This document shows positions 1 through 12,035 of a stretch of DNA of 64,000 nucleotides, one piece after another. Origin of the DNA: Torpedo marmorata (lineage: Eukaryota); the NCBI GenBank assembly GCA_977017645.1, contig OZ360223.1:84940001-85004000 (forward strand). The letters run 5' to 3'. Under the pieces are notes generated by a model. That model made no database searches, was not told the origin of the DNA, and saw only the letters and a list, made by a program, of their open reading frames with translations. Every line of letters begins with the position of its first letter. The first letter of the stretch is position 1. Made by a program: the position numbers and the translations under genes.

Positions 1-40
1 TTTGAATGTAATAATAGATGAAAATCATTGGAAAGAATTA
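1..40 (+). mobile_element. L1 ORF2 3' fragment (left part, interrupted by pogo element)
   Basis: Encodes LNVIIDENHWKEL, which continues at 2220 as CKLSMMKIINVRYRLVQ; matches the L1 ORF2 C-terminus at 27761-29707. Confidence 0.85.
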
Positions 41-445
41 CCGTATATTTCGGCGTATAAGTCGACCGGCAGATAAGTCGACCCCCCTTTTTCAGCCTCA
101 TTTTAATGGTTTTATGGTATATCCGGCGTATAAGTCGACCCCCAAAAAACGCGATGCCTGAGATGTTGCGCATTGACCGGCGTATAAGTCGACCCTCAAA
201 AAACGCGATGATTGAGCTGCTGGGCGTTGACCGGCGTATAGGTCGACCCTAAAAAAATGCGATGATTGAGCTGCTGGCCGTTGACTGGCGTATAGATCGA
301 CCCACACCGATCGAGATCATTGAGCTGCTGGGTGTTGACTGGCGTATAGATCGACCCACAACGATCGCGATCATTGAGCTGCTGGGCGTTGACCGGCGTA
401 TAGGTTGACCCACAACGATCGCGATCATTGAGCTGCTGGGCGTTG
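41..445. repeat. Left subterminal repeats of pogo element
   Basis: Recurrent CGGCGTATAAGTCGACC motif in ~57-59-bp units. Confidence 0.85.
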
Positions 446-464
446 GCTGGAGGTGATTGTTATC

Positions 465-1906
465 ATGGAGGCTCCATTGAAGGCTCAATTGAAACGACGA
501 AAGTATGAGGCGAGTTTTAAATTGAAAGTAATAGAAATGGCCAAGAAAACCAACAACTGTGCTGCTGCAAGAAAATTTGATATAAATGAGAAGTTGGTAA
601 GAGATTGGAGGAAGAAAGAAGTAAACACGAAAATCTGTAGACACCGTGGTTAGAGTAAAAAACACAAAAGCTGGAGAACTCAGCAGGTCAAACACCGTGG
701 TTAGAGTAAAAAAGGAAGAAAGAAGATACTTTAAGAAAAATACCAAAAAGGCAATGTTCGATGAGAAGAGGAATCACTCATTGGCCAGAGTTGGAAAATC
801 ATGTAGCAGCATGGGTACGTGAACAGAGGCAAGATTGCTACATTGTCACCCGAAATAAAATAAGAACATTTGCACTGAACTGGGCAAAATCGCACCCAGA
901 ACTCAGTAATGATTTTGAAGCTTCAGTAGGCTGGTGCAACCGTTTTATGAACAGGAAAAATCTGGTATTACGACAAAAAACAAAAATTGCTCAGAAACTA
1001 CCAAAAGATCTGGATCATAAAGTTGTAAGTTTTCACCAGTTTATTTTACGTAACCGGAAGAAACACAAGTTTGCATTGGCAAATATTGGAAACATGGACG
1101 AAACCCCCATGAATTTTGACATGATAGGCAATAGAACAGTGGAATGGAAAGGTGTGAAAACTGTGCAAACCAGGAGTACAGGACATGAAAGGACCAGGTT
1201 TACTGTGGTGTTATCGTGCATGGCCGACGGGACAAAGTTAAGACCCATGGTAATCTTCAAGCGCAAACTTAAACCTAAAATAAATTTCCCAGCAGGTATT
1301 TTTGTACATTTTCATGAAAAAGGATGGATGGATGAAAATGGTGTAAAACTATGGATAGACAATGTGTGGAACAGGCGGCCAGGCGGTTTACGCAAGGAAC
1401 GGAGTTTGCTGGTCTGGGATATGTTTCGTAGCCACTTAACTGAGAAGACTAAAAGTACATTAGCACAACATAATACTTACATGGCGGTTATCCCAGGTGG
1501 TTTGACGTCGATATTGCAACCTCTCGATGTCTGCTTGAACAAGCCATTCAAAGACCACGTGCGTGAAGAGTGGAATACATGGATGACGAGTGCAGAAAAA
1601 TCATTTACAAAAGGCGGGGCAATGCGTGCTGCATCGCTTGATGTGCTGTGTGACTTCGTGCTCAAGGCATGGGACAAAGTGAAAGTAGAGACTGTAATAA
1701 AATCATTTAAAAAGTGCGGTATCTCTTGTGCAATTGATGGTACGGAAGATGATTTATTGTGGGACACTGACGACGAAGCTGAAGACGCCTCATCAGATAC
1801 AGACTGGGACCCGTACGATGACTGTTTAAACAGTGAGACCCCGGATGTGCTTGCCGAGATCTTTGCCTCAGACGATGATAGCGAAAGTGATTTTGAAGGG
1901 TTCTAA
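465..1906 (+). pseudogene. pogo transposase (Brinker-type DBD + CENP-B HTH + DDE_1), interrupted by a 104-bp insertion
   Basis: KRRKYEASFKLKVIE; ASVGWCNRFMNR; catalytic NMDETP, LVWDMF and QPLDV with 35 residues between the 2nd and 3rd D; acidic tail. Removing 622-725 joins the ORFs in frame (WRKKE-DTLRKIPKRQCSMRRG). Confidence 0.9.
622..712 (-). mobile_element. Penelope-like element 3'-terminal fragment
   Basis: Matches the PLE terminus at 10116, 35774 and 50399; 13-bp TSD AGGAAGAAAGAAG (609-621 / 713-725). Confidence 0.85.
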
Positions 1907-1967
1907 ATGTCTTGTTGTTTTCAATTAAAATGTCAATGAAAATTTGTTGCAGTCGGGTTTTTTTTGG

Positions 1968-2217
1968 TTTTTCAGGGGTCGACTTATACGCCGAATCGTG
2001 TTTTCAGGGGTCGACTTATACGCCGAATCGTGTTTTCAGGGGTCGACTTATACGCCGAATCGTGTTTTCAGGGGTCGACTAATACGCCGGATCGGCGTGA
2101 ACTCGATTTTGAGCTGAATTTAAGGTCTCAAAAGTATATCCGGCGTATAAGTCGACCCCCGTTTTTTGAGACATTTTTGAGGGTTTCAAGGGTCGACTTA
2201 TACGCCGAAATATACGG
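1968..2217. repeat. Right subterminal repeats of pogo element
   Basis: About four ~32-bp units TTTCAGGGGTCGACTTATACGCCGAATCGTGT plus further copies of the TIR core. Confidence 0.85.
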
Positions 2218-2219
2218 TA

Positions 2220-2449
2220 TGTAAATTAAGTATGATGAAGATTATTAATGTTAGATATAGATTAGTACAATACAATTTTTTTCATCAATTATATTTAACA
2301 CCTAAAAAACTAAAGAAAATTAATCCGACATTATCAGGTTTATGTTTTAGATGTAATAAAGAGGAAGGTTCTTTTGTACATTCTACATGGTTTTGTCCAA
2401 AAGCTTATGATTTTTGGTTGAAAGTTAAAAAATTTTTAGATGAAGTATT
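2220..2449 (+). mobile_element. L1 ORF2 3' fragment (right part)
   Basis: CFRCNKEEGSFVHSTWFC zinc knuckle. Confidence 0.85.
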
Positions 2450-2908
2450 TACCCAAATTTCTATATCTTTTTCAAGCTTTACCAATTTTAATTCCTAAAT
2501 CCTTTTTTAATTCATTGGTTTCATTTATTTCTTCGTATATCTGGCAAGGAAAACAATCTCGTATAAATAAGGCTCATTTCCAAAAGAATAAACAGAATGG
2601 GGGATTATCACTACCAAATTTTAGATTTTACTATTGGGCGGTTAATATACACAATTTACTCTTATTGTTACATTTTGATAAATTAGTGGACCGCCCTGCT
2701 TGGGTAGAAATGGAATTGAATTTTTCTAAAAAATCATCTATTTTGGCAATTTTAGGTTCCTTTTTACCCTTTTCCTTTTCTAAATTGACAGATAATCTGA
2801 TAATGAGATAAATTGAGAATATGGGCACAATTTTGGAAAGTTTTTGGATATCATAGTTTTCCCCTGCCAGCCCTATTATAAATAATCATCTATTTCAACC
2901 TGCTTTGT

Positions 2909-3515
2909 CATTGGAGAATCAAAGCCGGAGAAACAATGTCAAAATTGTGGGATTGCCAGAAGATTATGAAGGGATAAACTCAACCGAATTTTTTCAAAAT
3001 TGGATTCCAAAGATTTTGGGTTATGAAAACTTCCCAAATGGACTTGAATTAGATAGAGCTCATAGAGATAACAGAAAGAAACCATATCCTGGACAAATGC
3101 CACGCTCATTGTTAATTAGATGCTTTCGTTACCAGGATAAAGAGAAGATACTGAGATTAGCTGTTCAAAATGCTAGAAAGAAACAAGGTCCATTGATGAT
3201 TAATAAAAATAGGGTGTTTTTTTTTATGCTGATCTAAGTGCAGCAATAATTAAAAAACGAAAAGAGTTTAACGCAGCCAAAGCAATTTTTTGGAACAAAG
3301 GATATAAATTTTCATTTAGATATCCTGTGATATTGAAAGTACAGTCTCGAGAGAAACAGTCTGTTTTTTTTGCTGACTATCAAGAAGCTTTGAAACATGC
3401 TAATTCACTTCCAAATTTAAAGGAAGATCAAGATTTGTCTGGGCAATTTCAAGCTACTATACCAGTTCAGGACTTGTTACATTTAACAGAGAAACTTCAA
3501 ATAGCTTCAGGATGA
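2909..3515 (+). pseudogene. L1 ORF1p (RRM/CTD part), frameshifted
   Basis: ENQSRRNNVKIVGLPE, ELDRAHR and QDKEKILR motifs. Confidence 0.85.
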
Positions 3516-3867
3516 GATGATTTGGCCGAATTGGGTAATGATCAAGTCAACAGAGAACTGGAAGATGCTGGATTTGGATGAAGAATCGATAACAAATGTT
3601 ATGTAAAATCTGTTTGGGGGGGTGGACTTTTTGTCTTCTCCGTACCTAACCACACATCACCATAGTGGCGAGGGCCACTTCCCGAACAACAGAGGGTGGT
3701 AGTATTGGTGTAAATATACCAGTATTATATGGTGGGTTTTTTAATTTTTTAATTTTTTCTTTATTTCTTTATTCTTTCTTTCTTTTTTAAGGAGATGTCA
3801 AATTTATTGCAAATGTGGAAGGGAGAACCAGTTGGTCTGATAAAGAGGAAGTTATTAAATATTACTA

Positions 3868-6800
3868 ATGGTGGATAGTAAATCAATAAATGTTGTAAGT
3901 ATTAATATAAATGGGCTAAATAATCCAATTAAAAGGAAGAATATTCTGGCATATATTAAAAAGTTAAAAGTTGATATAGCTTTTTAACAAGAGACACATT
4001 TGACAGATATAGAACATCAGAAGTTGAAAAGAGAATGGGGTGGTCAAGTGGTTGCGTCTTCATTTAATTCTAAAGCCAAAGGAGTTGCTATATTAATTAA
4101 TAAAAAGTTACCTTTAAAAATACAATCTGTGGTTATAGATGTGTCAGGAAGATATGTTTTAATAAATTGTCAGATATATTCAGAAATGTGGACACTTATG
4201 AATATATATGTGCCAAATACGGAAGATGAACAATTTATTCAAGGTTCTTTTATGCACTTATCAGAAGCAAATGATAATATTTTAATTGGTGGGGATTTTA
4301 ATTGTTGTTTAGGTCCAATAATAGATAAAACATCGAAATCAACAATCAGAACTAAAACTGCTAAAATAAATCTTACTTTGATGAAAGATTTGAATTTAAT
4401 AAATATTTGGAGGAAGTTGAATCCAAGAGAAAAAGATTATTCCTTTTATTCCTTTAGACATGATTCTTATTCTAGAATAGACATGTTTTTATTGTCATCA
4501 CAATTAGAAGATAGGGTGATTCAAGCACAATATAAAGCAAGAATAATCTCTGATCACTCGCCTCTATTAATGTCATGTATAATTCCAGAAAAAGAAAAAA
4601 ATATATATAGATGGAGATTTAATTCTTCTTTATTGAAAAGAATCGATTTCTGTAATTATATAAGAAGAGAAATTCAAGAATTTTTACAGATTAATTCTAA
4701 TTCGATTGACAATAAATTTATTATTTGGGAAGCTTTAAAGGCTTATTTAAGAGGTCAAATAATAAGTTATTCAGCAAAAGTTAAGAAAGAATATATTCAG
4801 GAATTGGATAATCTGGAGGAGGAGATTGAGTTTTTGGAGAAGGATTTGCAAAAAAAAATCAGAAGAAAAGAGGAAAAATTTAATCTGAAAAAAATTATAT
4901 TATAATACATTAAAAACATATAAAATGGAAAAATTAATTGAAAGAACTAAGCAAAGACATTATGAATTGGGAGAAAGAGCTCATAAAGTGTTAGCCTGGC
5001 AATTAAAGAAAGAATAAACTTCTAGAACTATGTGCTAAAAAAAAGAATTCAAAGAAAATAACATATAAACCTCGAGGAATAAATGATTCTTTAAAGAATT
5101 TTATTTAAATTTATATAAATCTCAAACTGATAAAGATGATTCTAAAATTAATAATTTTTAATCTAAAATTAAGTTACCTAGATTAAATATTCAAAATAAA
5201 GAACTTTTAGATTCATCGTTCACGATGAGAGAAGTTAATGATGTTCTCAGTTCTTTAACAAGTGGAAAATCTCCGGGGGAGGATGGTTTCCCAACAGAAT
5301 TTCATAAGGAATTTAAGGATTTATTGATACCTCCATATATGGAGGTGTTAAAACAAATAATGGAAACTCATTCTCTACCGGAAACATTTTCAAATGCAAT
5401 AATAACAGTTATACAAAAAAAGTTAGAGATTTGTTGAAAACAGAATCATATAGACCAATTTCATTGTTATATGTGGATTATAAGATAATGGCGAAAATTT
5501 TAGCAAATAGAGTGGCTAAATATTTACCAGATTTAATTCATTTAGATAAAGCAGGTTTTATTAAGAATAGATATTCAAAAGATAATATAGCCAGGTTAAT
5601 CAGTTTAATAAATGTGGCACAAAAGAAAGAGGAATTAGCATTAGTATTAACATTAGATGCTGAAAAGGCTTTTGATAGATTAGAGTGGAATTATTTATTT
5701 AAAGTACTGGAAAAATTTGGTTTTGGAACTACATTTATTAATTGGATTAAAACTATATATAAAGAACCCTCTGCCAGAGTGGTGACAAATGGACAAAATT
5801 CTTCAAAATTTTTGTTGACTAGGTTGACTAGACAAGGATGTCCTTTGTCGCCAGCATTGTTTATTTTAGCAATAGAATCTTTAGCAGAATTAATTAGACA
5901 AGATATTAAAATTGTAGGTATTAAAGTTGGAAAAGAAGAACATAAAATCAGTTTGTTTGCAGATGATGTATTGATTTATATGATAAAACCTATTGATTCT
6001 TTAATGCAACTGACTGTTTTATTGAGAGAATACGGGGAAATATCTGGTTATAAGATTAATTCTAATAAAAGTGAAATTATGGCATTGACACAAGGAGATT
6101 ATAATAAATGTAAAGAAACTAGTTGATTTAAATGGTCAAATAATGGAATTAAATATTTAGGAATAAAAGTAGATACAAAATTAGGTAATTTATATAAATT
6201 AAATTATTTACCATTATTTACTAATATTAAAAAAGATTTAGAGAATTGGAAAGATTTACCTATAACTTTAATGGGAAGGGTAAATTGTATCAATATGAAT
6301 GTTTTTCCAAGAATTCAATATCTTTTTCAATCAATTCCTTATGAAATTCCTCAATTTTTTTAAGGATTTAAATTTAATTATTAGGAATTTTTTGTGGAAA
6401 GGAAAGTTGGCTAGAGTAGGTATGGAGAAATTAACCTGGGATTATGAAATGGGAGGTTTACAACTTCCTAATTTTCAAAATTATTATAAAGCAGCTCAAT
6501 TTAAATTTATTAATGAAATGTTTGAGTTAGGTAAATCTTCTGCTTGGATTAGAATAGAACTAAATAATATAGGAGAAGATTTGAAGAAGAGGTTATTTAG
6601 AAATGGGATTCTAAATTGTTATTAAGAGGAGGTAAGAACTCCCCTATTTTATGGCATTTGTTAGAAATATGGAATAAACTGGATAAGGAGATAGGAGAAA
6701 AAGGGTTAATTTCTTGTAAAATGACTTTATATCAAAATAAACTTATCCCATTTACTATTGATAATCAATTGTTTAAAATTTGGTTTCAAAAATGGATTAA

Positions 6801-7647
6801 AAAAGTAAGTGACTGTTTTGAAGCTGGTAAATTTATTACTTTTCAAAGAATGAAAGAGAAGTTTAATGTATTAAATAATACACTCTTTGCTTATTATCAA
6901 ATAAGAGCATTTTTCATTGAAAAGTTAGGGCATAGTTTAATCTTACCAAGACAAAGTGAATTGGAGTTACTAGTTATTAATGGGGGTATAAATAAATTTA
7001 TTTCTCAAATGTATAGATTGTTACAGAAAAAAATGCCAAAACCAGGAATTCATAAATCAAGATTAAAATGGGAATGAGATTTGAATGTAACAATAGATGA
7101 GGTACATTGGAAAGAAATATGTAAACAAAGTATGACAAAGATTATTTATGTTAGATACAGGTTAGTGCAATATAATTTTTTGCATCAGTTATATTTAACT
7201 CCTAAGAAACTAAAAAAATTTAATCTGACATTATCAGGTTTATGTTTTAGATGTAATAAAGAGGAAGGTTCTTTTGTACATTCTACGTGGTTTTGTCCAA
7301 AGATATATGATTTTTGGTTGAAAGTTTAAAAGTTTTTAGATAAAGTATTGAGAATTACACTCCCATTGGATCCTAGCATATTTTTGTTTGGAGATATTAA
7401 AAGAATTAGTAGTAAAATGAGATTAAATATGTACCAAATAGAATTTTTGCGAATTGCTTTAGCTGTTTCAAAGAAATGCATTGCTATTACATGGAAATCT
7501 GATGTAGATTTAGGGTTAGAAAGATGGCATACAGAACTTCGTTCATGCATACCACTTGAAAAAATTACCTATAATTTACGTAATAAATATCATTTCTTTT
7601 TGAAGGTATGGAGCCCATATACAAAAACTGTAGGTTTAAGGATTTGA
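3868..7647 (+). pseudogene. L1 ORF2p (APE endonuclease, RT, zinc knuckle), multiple stops and frameshifts
   Basis: NINGLN, GGDFN, SDHSP, YRPISLL, DAEKAFD, RQGCPLSP, LFADD, CFRC. Confidence 0.92.
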
Positions 7648-8339
7648 AGATCTCTTGATATCAGGTCTGACTGGTGAACCTGTGTTCCACAATAAAATTA
7701 ATTTATAGTTGTTTCTTTTAGAATGACATTCTCCACACTCTATTCTTTTTTCTTTCTTTTCTTTCTTTTTTAGTAGAGTAGAGGGGGTGGGTGGGTTAGG
7801 GAGGGGGAAGGGAGGGAGGGGAGGGTGAAAATATATCACATGTATTTTGATAATTTTGTATTTTATAAACATGTAGTATCGTGTGATATAAAATTTTAAA
7901 TAAAATATTTTTAAAATTTTTTAAAAACTGCTTTGTTAGACACAGGATTTAAGGAGTGGTATAGATAAGGTATTAAAAGTTTTAAAGATCTTTTTATTCA
8001 AGATAATTTTGTTTCTTTTGAACAATTCTCATTTAATATATTTGAATTGATGCGTGGTCAATGTTCAAGAGCAACTTATTTGTTTCAAATTCAAAACCTA
8101 TAAAATGTAATATTTTATTCAGAGTTTCAATGAAGGCAATTTATCTGCAAATTGGCCAGCATTGATCATGTAATCATCCACATAATTCAATTCAACAATT
8201 TACATTTTCATTTCAAGGATTTGTGAAATAACTGGTTGAGTGCTTTATGAAAATGATTAAGTTTTGCTTGTAAATAATAAAGCATTATTGACAGGAAAGT
8301 GCCCTCTGTTAAAATGATTGCATGGCAAACAAATTGATT

Positions 8340-8620
8340 TCATTACAACACAGGAAAAGGCCATTCAAACTATCGGGTCCATGCCAACTTCCAGGGAGAC
8401 TCTCCTCTACATCCACTTTTTATTTCCTTGAATCTTATTCTGTCTCACACAGAGTCCTTTGATTCTTTTTACTATTAACCTACACTAAGGTTAATAGGCT
8501 ATTACAGTTGCTAGTTAACCTTCTAGCATATTATTGAATTGTAGGAGGAATCTGGAACAGACAGGGGTAACCCACAAGATCAAAGGGAGACCGTGCAAAC
8601 TCCAAACAGACTGCACCTGA
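8340..8620 (-). mobile_element. Degenerate V-SINE
   Basis: Reverse strand has GGAGTTTGCACGGTCTCCC...GTGGGTTACCCC V-domain and a CR1-like tail. Confidence 0.55.
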
Positions 8621-10217
8621 GGAGAGAGTTATTTAGCATGTGGAAATAAAACACAAAAATAGCTTGAGCAAGAATACCAGAAAAATCCCGCATGTGAAGG
8701 AGAAACAGCAGGTACTGGGTGAATAATTAATTTCAGTACCAGCACTAGTCTTGAGTAGGAGGTAGAGAAGGTAGAGCTAGCAGAATGAATCTGAGTGTTT
8801 GTACAGTGACAAGGAAGTTCCCACTGTCTTCGGCAGTGGGGGAAAGTCACATTGGAATGGTTGATGTGGTTAGTTTAATGATTTGGAGGTTTTGACCAGA
8901 CTGCAAAGCAGGCATGGGAAAAGCAGGAAACTTCATCCATTCTGTTGTAACCTCTTCATTTTGGGGAGATTTGGATGAAAGAAGAGGATAAAATGACTGT
9001 TCGGCATGCAGGAAAACATATAAGACATGAAAGCTTTTCAGATAAAACCTGTAATGCACAGAAATGTGTTTTGAAGCAAGTAGCAAAGTGGAACTTGACA
9101 GTACTTCTGTACAAAACATTTGTGCAAGGGAGCACAAGAAACCTATTTTTCTAACTTGAGGAAATCCAAAATGTACCTTCCATCTGCAAATCTCTTAACA
9201 CCATGGAAAAGAAGTTATTTTGCTTAGCAAAGCAGAACCAAGGATACAAGTTCACTTCAGCAGATTGCACGATTATTAACAAGGATATACATTAGCTCAG
9301 CATCGTACCAAGAGTATGGTGACTCTGAAATAATATTCAAGTAAATTACTGGTGAATTTTTTTTAAAAAATATATTTTATTTAAATTTTTAAATCACAGA
9401 TTACATAAAATAATTTTGCATATATTTCAAAGAAAAATACATGTGATTTACATTTTCTGCCCCCCTTCCCACCCTAACCCCTATATCCCCACTACTCTAA
9501 AAATAATAATATAGTAAAGAGAAAAGAAAAAAGAAAGATAGAAAAATAGAATGAGGAGACAACAAACTTAAAACTAATTTACCTTAGAGGTTATTTTCGC
9601 CAGTGGATCTGATATCCAGAGAATTTACATTGTTAAACCCATAATCCTCATATATGGGCCCCAAATTTTCAAAAAAGAATGATATTTATTTCGCAAATTA
9701 TAAGTAATTTTTTCTAAAGGTATACATGAACGTAACTCTGCATTCTAAATTTAAATCCACATCCGACTTCCAAGTAATAGCTATACACTTTTTCGAAACT
9801 GCTAATATTATACGTAGAAATTCTATTTGATACATATTTAATCTATTTCTAATACTAAATTTTTTAATATCTCCGAATAAAAATAACATAGGATCCATTG
9901 TAAACTCAACATTAAAAATTCTCTCTAAAAAATTCTTAACTTTCAGCCAAAAATCTTGAATTTTTGAACATAACCATGTACAATGTACAAAAGAACCTAT
10001 TTCACTTTTACATCTAAAACACATATCTGATAACGCTGGGTTAAATTTCTTCAATTTTTAGGTGTTAAATATAATTGATGAAAAAAGTTATATTGTACTA
10101 ATCTATATCTAACATTAAACACGAAAATCTGTAGACACTGTGGTTAGAGTAAAAAACACAAAAGCTGGAGAACTCAGCAGGTCAAACAGTGTCTTTTATG
10201 TAGCAAAGGTAGAAATA

Positions 10218-10258
10218 CATAACCGACGTTTCAGGCTTGAGCCCTTCTTCAAAGTATG
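10218..10258 (-). ncRNA. Minimal type I hammerhead ribozyme motif (PLE pLTR)
   Basis: CATACT-TTGAAGA-A-GGGC TCAA GCCT-GAAACGTC-GGTTATG. Confidence 0.7.
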
Positions 10259-10274
10259 AGAAAATGCCGGCAGA

Positions 10275-10860
10275 CCACCCCACCAGCCTCTGCATCCAAC
10301 ACATTATCCGCCGGAATTTCCGGCACTTGCTGCAGGATCCCACCACCAGACACATTTTTCCTTCTCCTCCCCTCTCGGCCTTCCGTAGGGACCGCTCCCT
10401 CCGTGATTCACTCGTGCACTCGTCCCTCCCCACCCATCGCACCCCCGGAACCTTCCCCTGTGCCCGCAGGAGGTGCAACACCTGCGCCCACACCTCCCCC
10501 CTCACCACGGTCCAGGGCCCCAAACAGGCCTTCCAAGTGAAGCAACACTTCACTTGTACATCCAGAGGACTTATTTACTGCATCCGGTGCTCCCTTTGTG
10601 GCTTTCTATACATTGGAGAGACCGGTCGTAGATTGGGAGATCGCTTCGCTCAGCACCTCCGCTCGGTTCGCAACAACAGCGACCTCCCAGTGGCCAACCA
10701 TTTCAATTCTGGGTCACACTCCCACACTCACATGTCTGTCCATGGCCTCATGTACTATCCCACCCAGACTACCCGCAAACTGGAGGAACAACATCTCATA
10801 TTCCGTCTCGGCACTCTCCAGCCAGATGGAATTAACATTGACTTTTCTGCTTTCCACTAA
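10275..10860 (+). CDS. PLE ORF C-terminus: Cys linker + GIY-YIG endonuclease (partial, open)
   Basis: FPCARRRCNTC, LIYCIRCSLCGFLYIGETGRRLGDRFAQH, PVANHFN, RKLEEQHLIFRLGTLQPDGIN. Confidence 0.88.
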
Positions 10861-11045
10861 ACCTGCTTGTTGTTCCCTTCCCCTCCCCCCTCACCTGTCC
10901 TTCCTGTGTTTCTCCAGCTACCCAACCATCCCTCCTCCCCCTCTTTGCTACTGTCCCCTCCCTCCTTTCTCCACCTATTATCTCCTGCCTTTCCCACCCC
11001 CCTTCCCCCCTCACTCCTTTGTTCGGACATCTGCCGGCATTTTCT

Positions 11046-11086
11046 CATACTTTGAAGAAGGGCTCAAGCCTGAAACGTCGGTTATG
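11046..11086 (+). ncRNA. Minimal type I hammerhead ribozyme motif (PLE pLTR)
   Basis: Same motif, TTGAAGAAGGGCTCAAGCCTGAAACGTC. Confidence 0.7.
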
Positions 11087-12035
11087 TATTTCTACCTTTG
11101 CTACATAAAAGACACTGTTTGACCTATTGAGTTCTCCAGCTTTTGTGTTTTTTATATCTAACATTAATAACTTTAGTCATACTTAATTTACATAAATCTT
11201 TCCAATGATTTTCATCTATATTAACGTTTAAGTCTAATTCCCATTTTAATCTAGATTTATGTAACCCTACTTTAGACATCTTTCTCTGAAACAATTTATA
11301 CATTTGTGATATAAACTTATTAATATTAGCTTTAGTAATTAACAATTCCAATTCATTTTGTCTTGGTGCTACTAATTCATTCCCTAATTTCTCAGTCAAA
11401 AAAGCTTTAACTTGAAAATAAACTAACATTGTATTATCTAATATATTACATTTTTCTTTTAACCTTTGAAAAGTAATAAATCTACCAGCTTCAAAACAAT
11501 CTTTTAAAGTCTTAATTCCCTTTTGAAACCATAACTTGAGTAACTGATTATCCATAGAAAATGGTATAAGCGGATTTTGGTATATTGGTGTATTTAAAGA
11601 AATTGATCCTTTTCGACCTATTTCTTTATCTACCTGTGACCAAATTTCCAACAAATGTTTAATAATTGGTGTGTTTTTCTTTTTAACTGACAACAATTTA
11701 GAATTCCATTTATAAATAATCTCTTCTTTATGTATTTCTCCTATATTATTCAATTCTATATTAATCCAAGCAGACGATTTAGTCGAATCAAAAAATTCAT
11801 TAATAAACTTTAATTGAGCTACTTTATAATAATACTGAAAATTGGGAAGTTGTAACCCTCCCATCTCATAGTTCCATGTTAATTTATCTATACTTACTCT
11901 TGCCAACTTTCCTTTCCATAAAAATTTCCTAACAACAAATTTTAAATCCTTAAAAAATTTATTTGGAATACCATAATTACTGGTGATTTTAAGAAAAACG
12001 TATGTTTCATGAGTCAATGGTTGAAAAATTGAACT

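Larger units (their letters stand above)
41..2217 (+). mobile_element. pogo-superfamily DNA transposon (DD35D, Passer/POGK-like), full length
   Basis: Perfect 27-bp TIRs CCGTATATTTCGGCGTATAAGTCGACC (41-67 / 2191-2217), TA TSD (39-40 / 2218-2219), internal transposase. Confidence 0.95.
2909..7927 (+). mobile_element. L1 LINE, 5'-truncated within ORF1
   Basis: ORF1 C-terminal part, ORF2, G-rich 3' UTR, AATAAA, A-rich end; TSD CTGCTTTGT (2900-2908 / 7928-7936). Confidence 0.9.
2450..8045 (+). mobile_element. Older L1 ORF2 fragment (2450-2908 + 7937-~8045) split by a younger L1
   Basis: LPKFLYLFQALP and GGLSLPNFRFYYWA motifs; the frame NNHLFQPAL|LDTGFKEWY continues across the insertion. Confidence 0.75.
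10116..11152 (+). mobile_element. Penelope-like element, 5'-truncated, with inverted terminal pLTR copy
   Basis: GIY-YIG ORF; 10151-10274 is an inverted copy of 11029-11152; TSD TATATCTAACAT (10104-10115 / 11153-11164). Confidence 0.92.
9356..11974 (-). mobile_element. 5'-truncated L1 (ORF2 C-terminus + 3' UTR) interrupted by a PLE
   Basis: GGLQLPNF and CFRC motifs; TSD AATTACTGGTGA (9344-9355 / 11975-11986). Confidence 0.9.

Noticed and set aside
41-445. CRISPR-like repeat/spacer pattern in the pogo ends
   Set aside because: The intervening sequences are themselves repeated and lie inside a TIR/TSD-bounded transposon.
621-718. PLE insertion spliced out as a GT..AG intron, restoring the transposase frame
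   Set aside because: An in-frame AG exists at 717-718, but the upstream sequence is purine-rich with no polypyrimidine tract.
761-1906. Domesticated host gene (POGK/TIGD)
   Set aside because: It has intact TIRs and a TA TSD and sits inside an L1, so it is a transposon copy.
8629-9137. Possible host exons in unique-looking DNA (also ~12960-13130, 21000-21330, 21773-22080, 57730-57960)
   Set aside because: No recognisable protein motif or convincing splice-site pair; they cannot be supported without RNA-seq or homology search.
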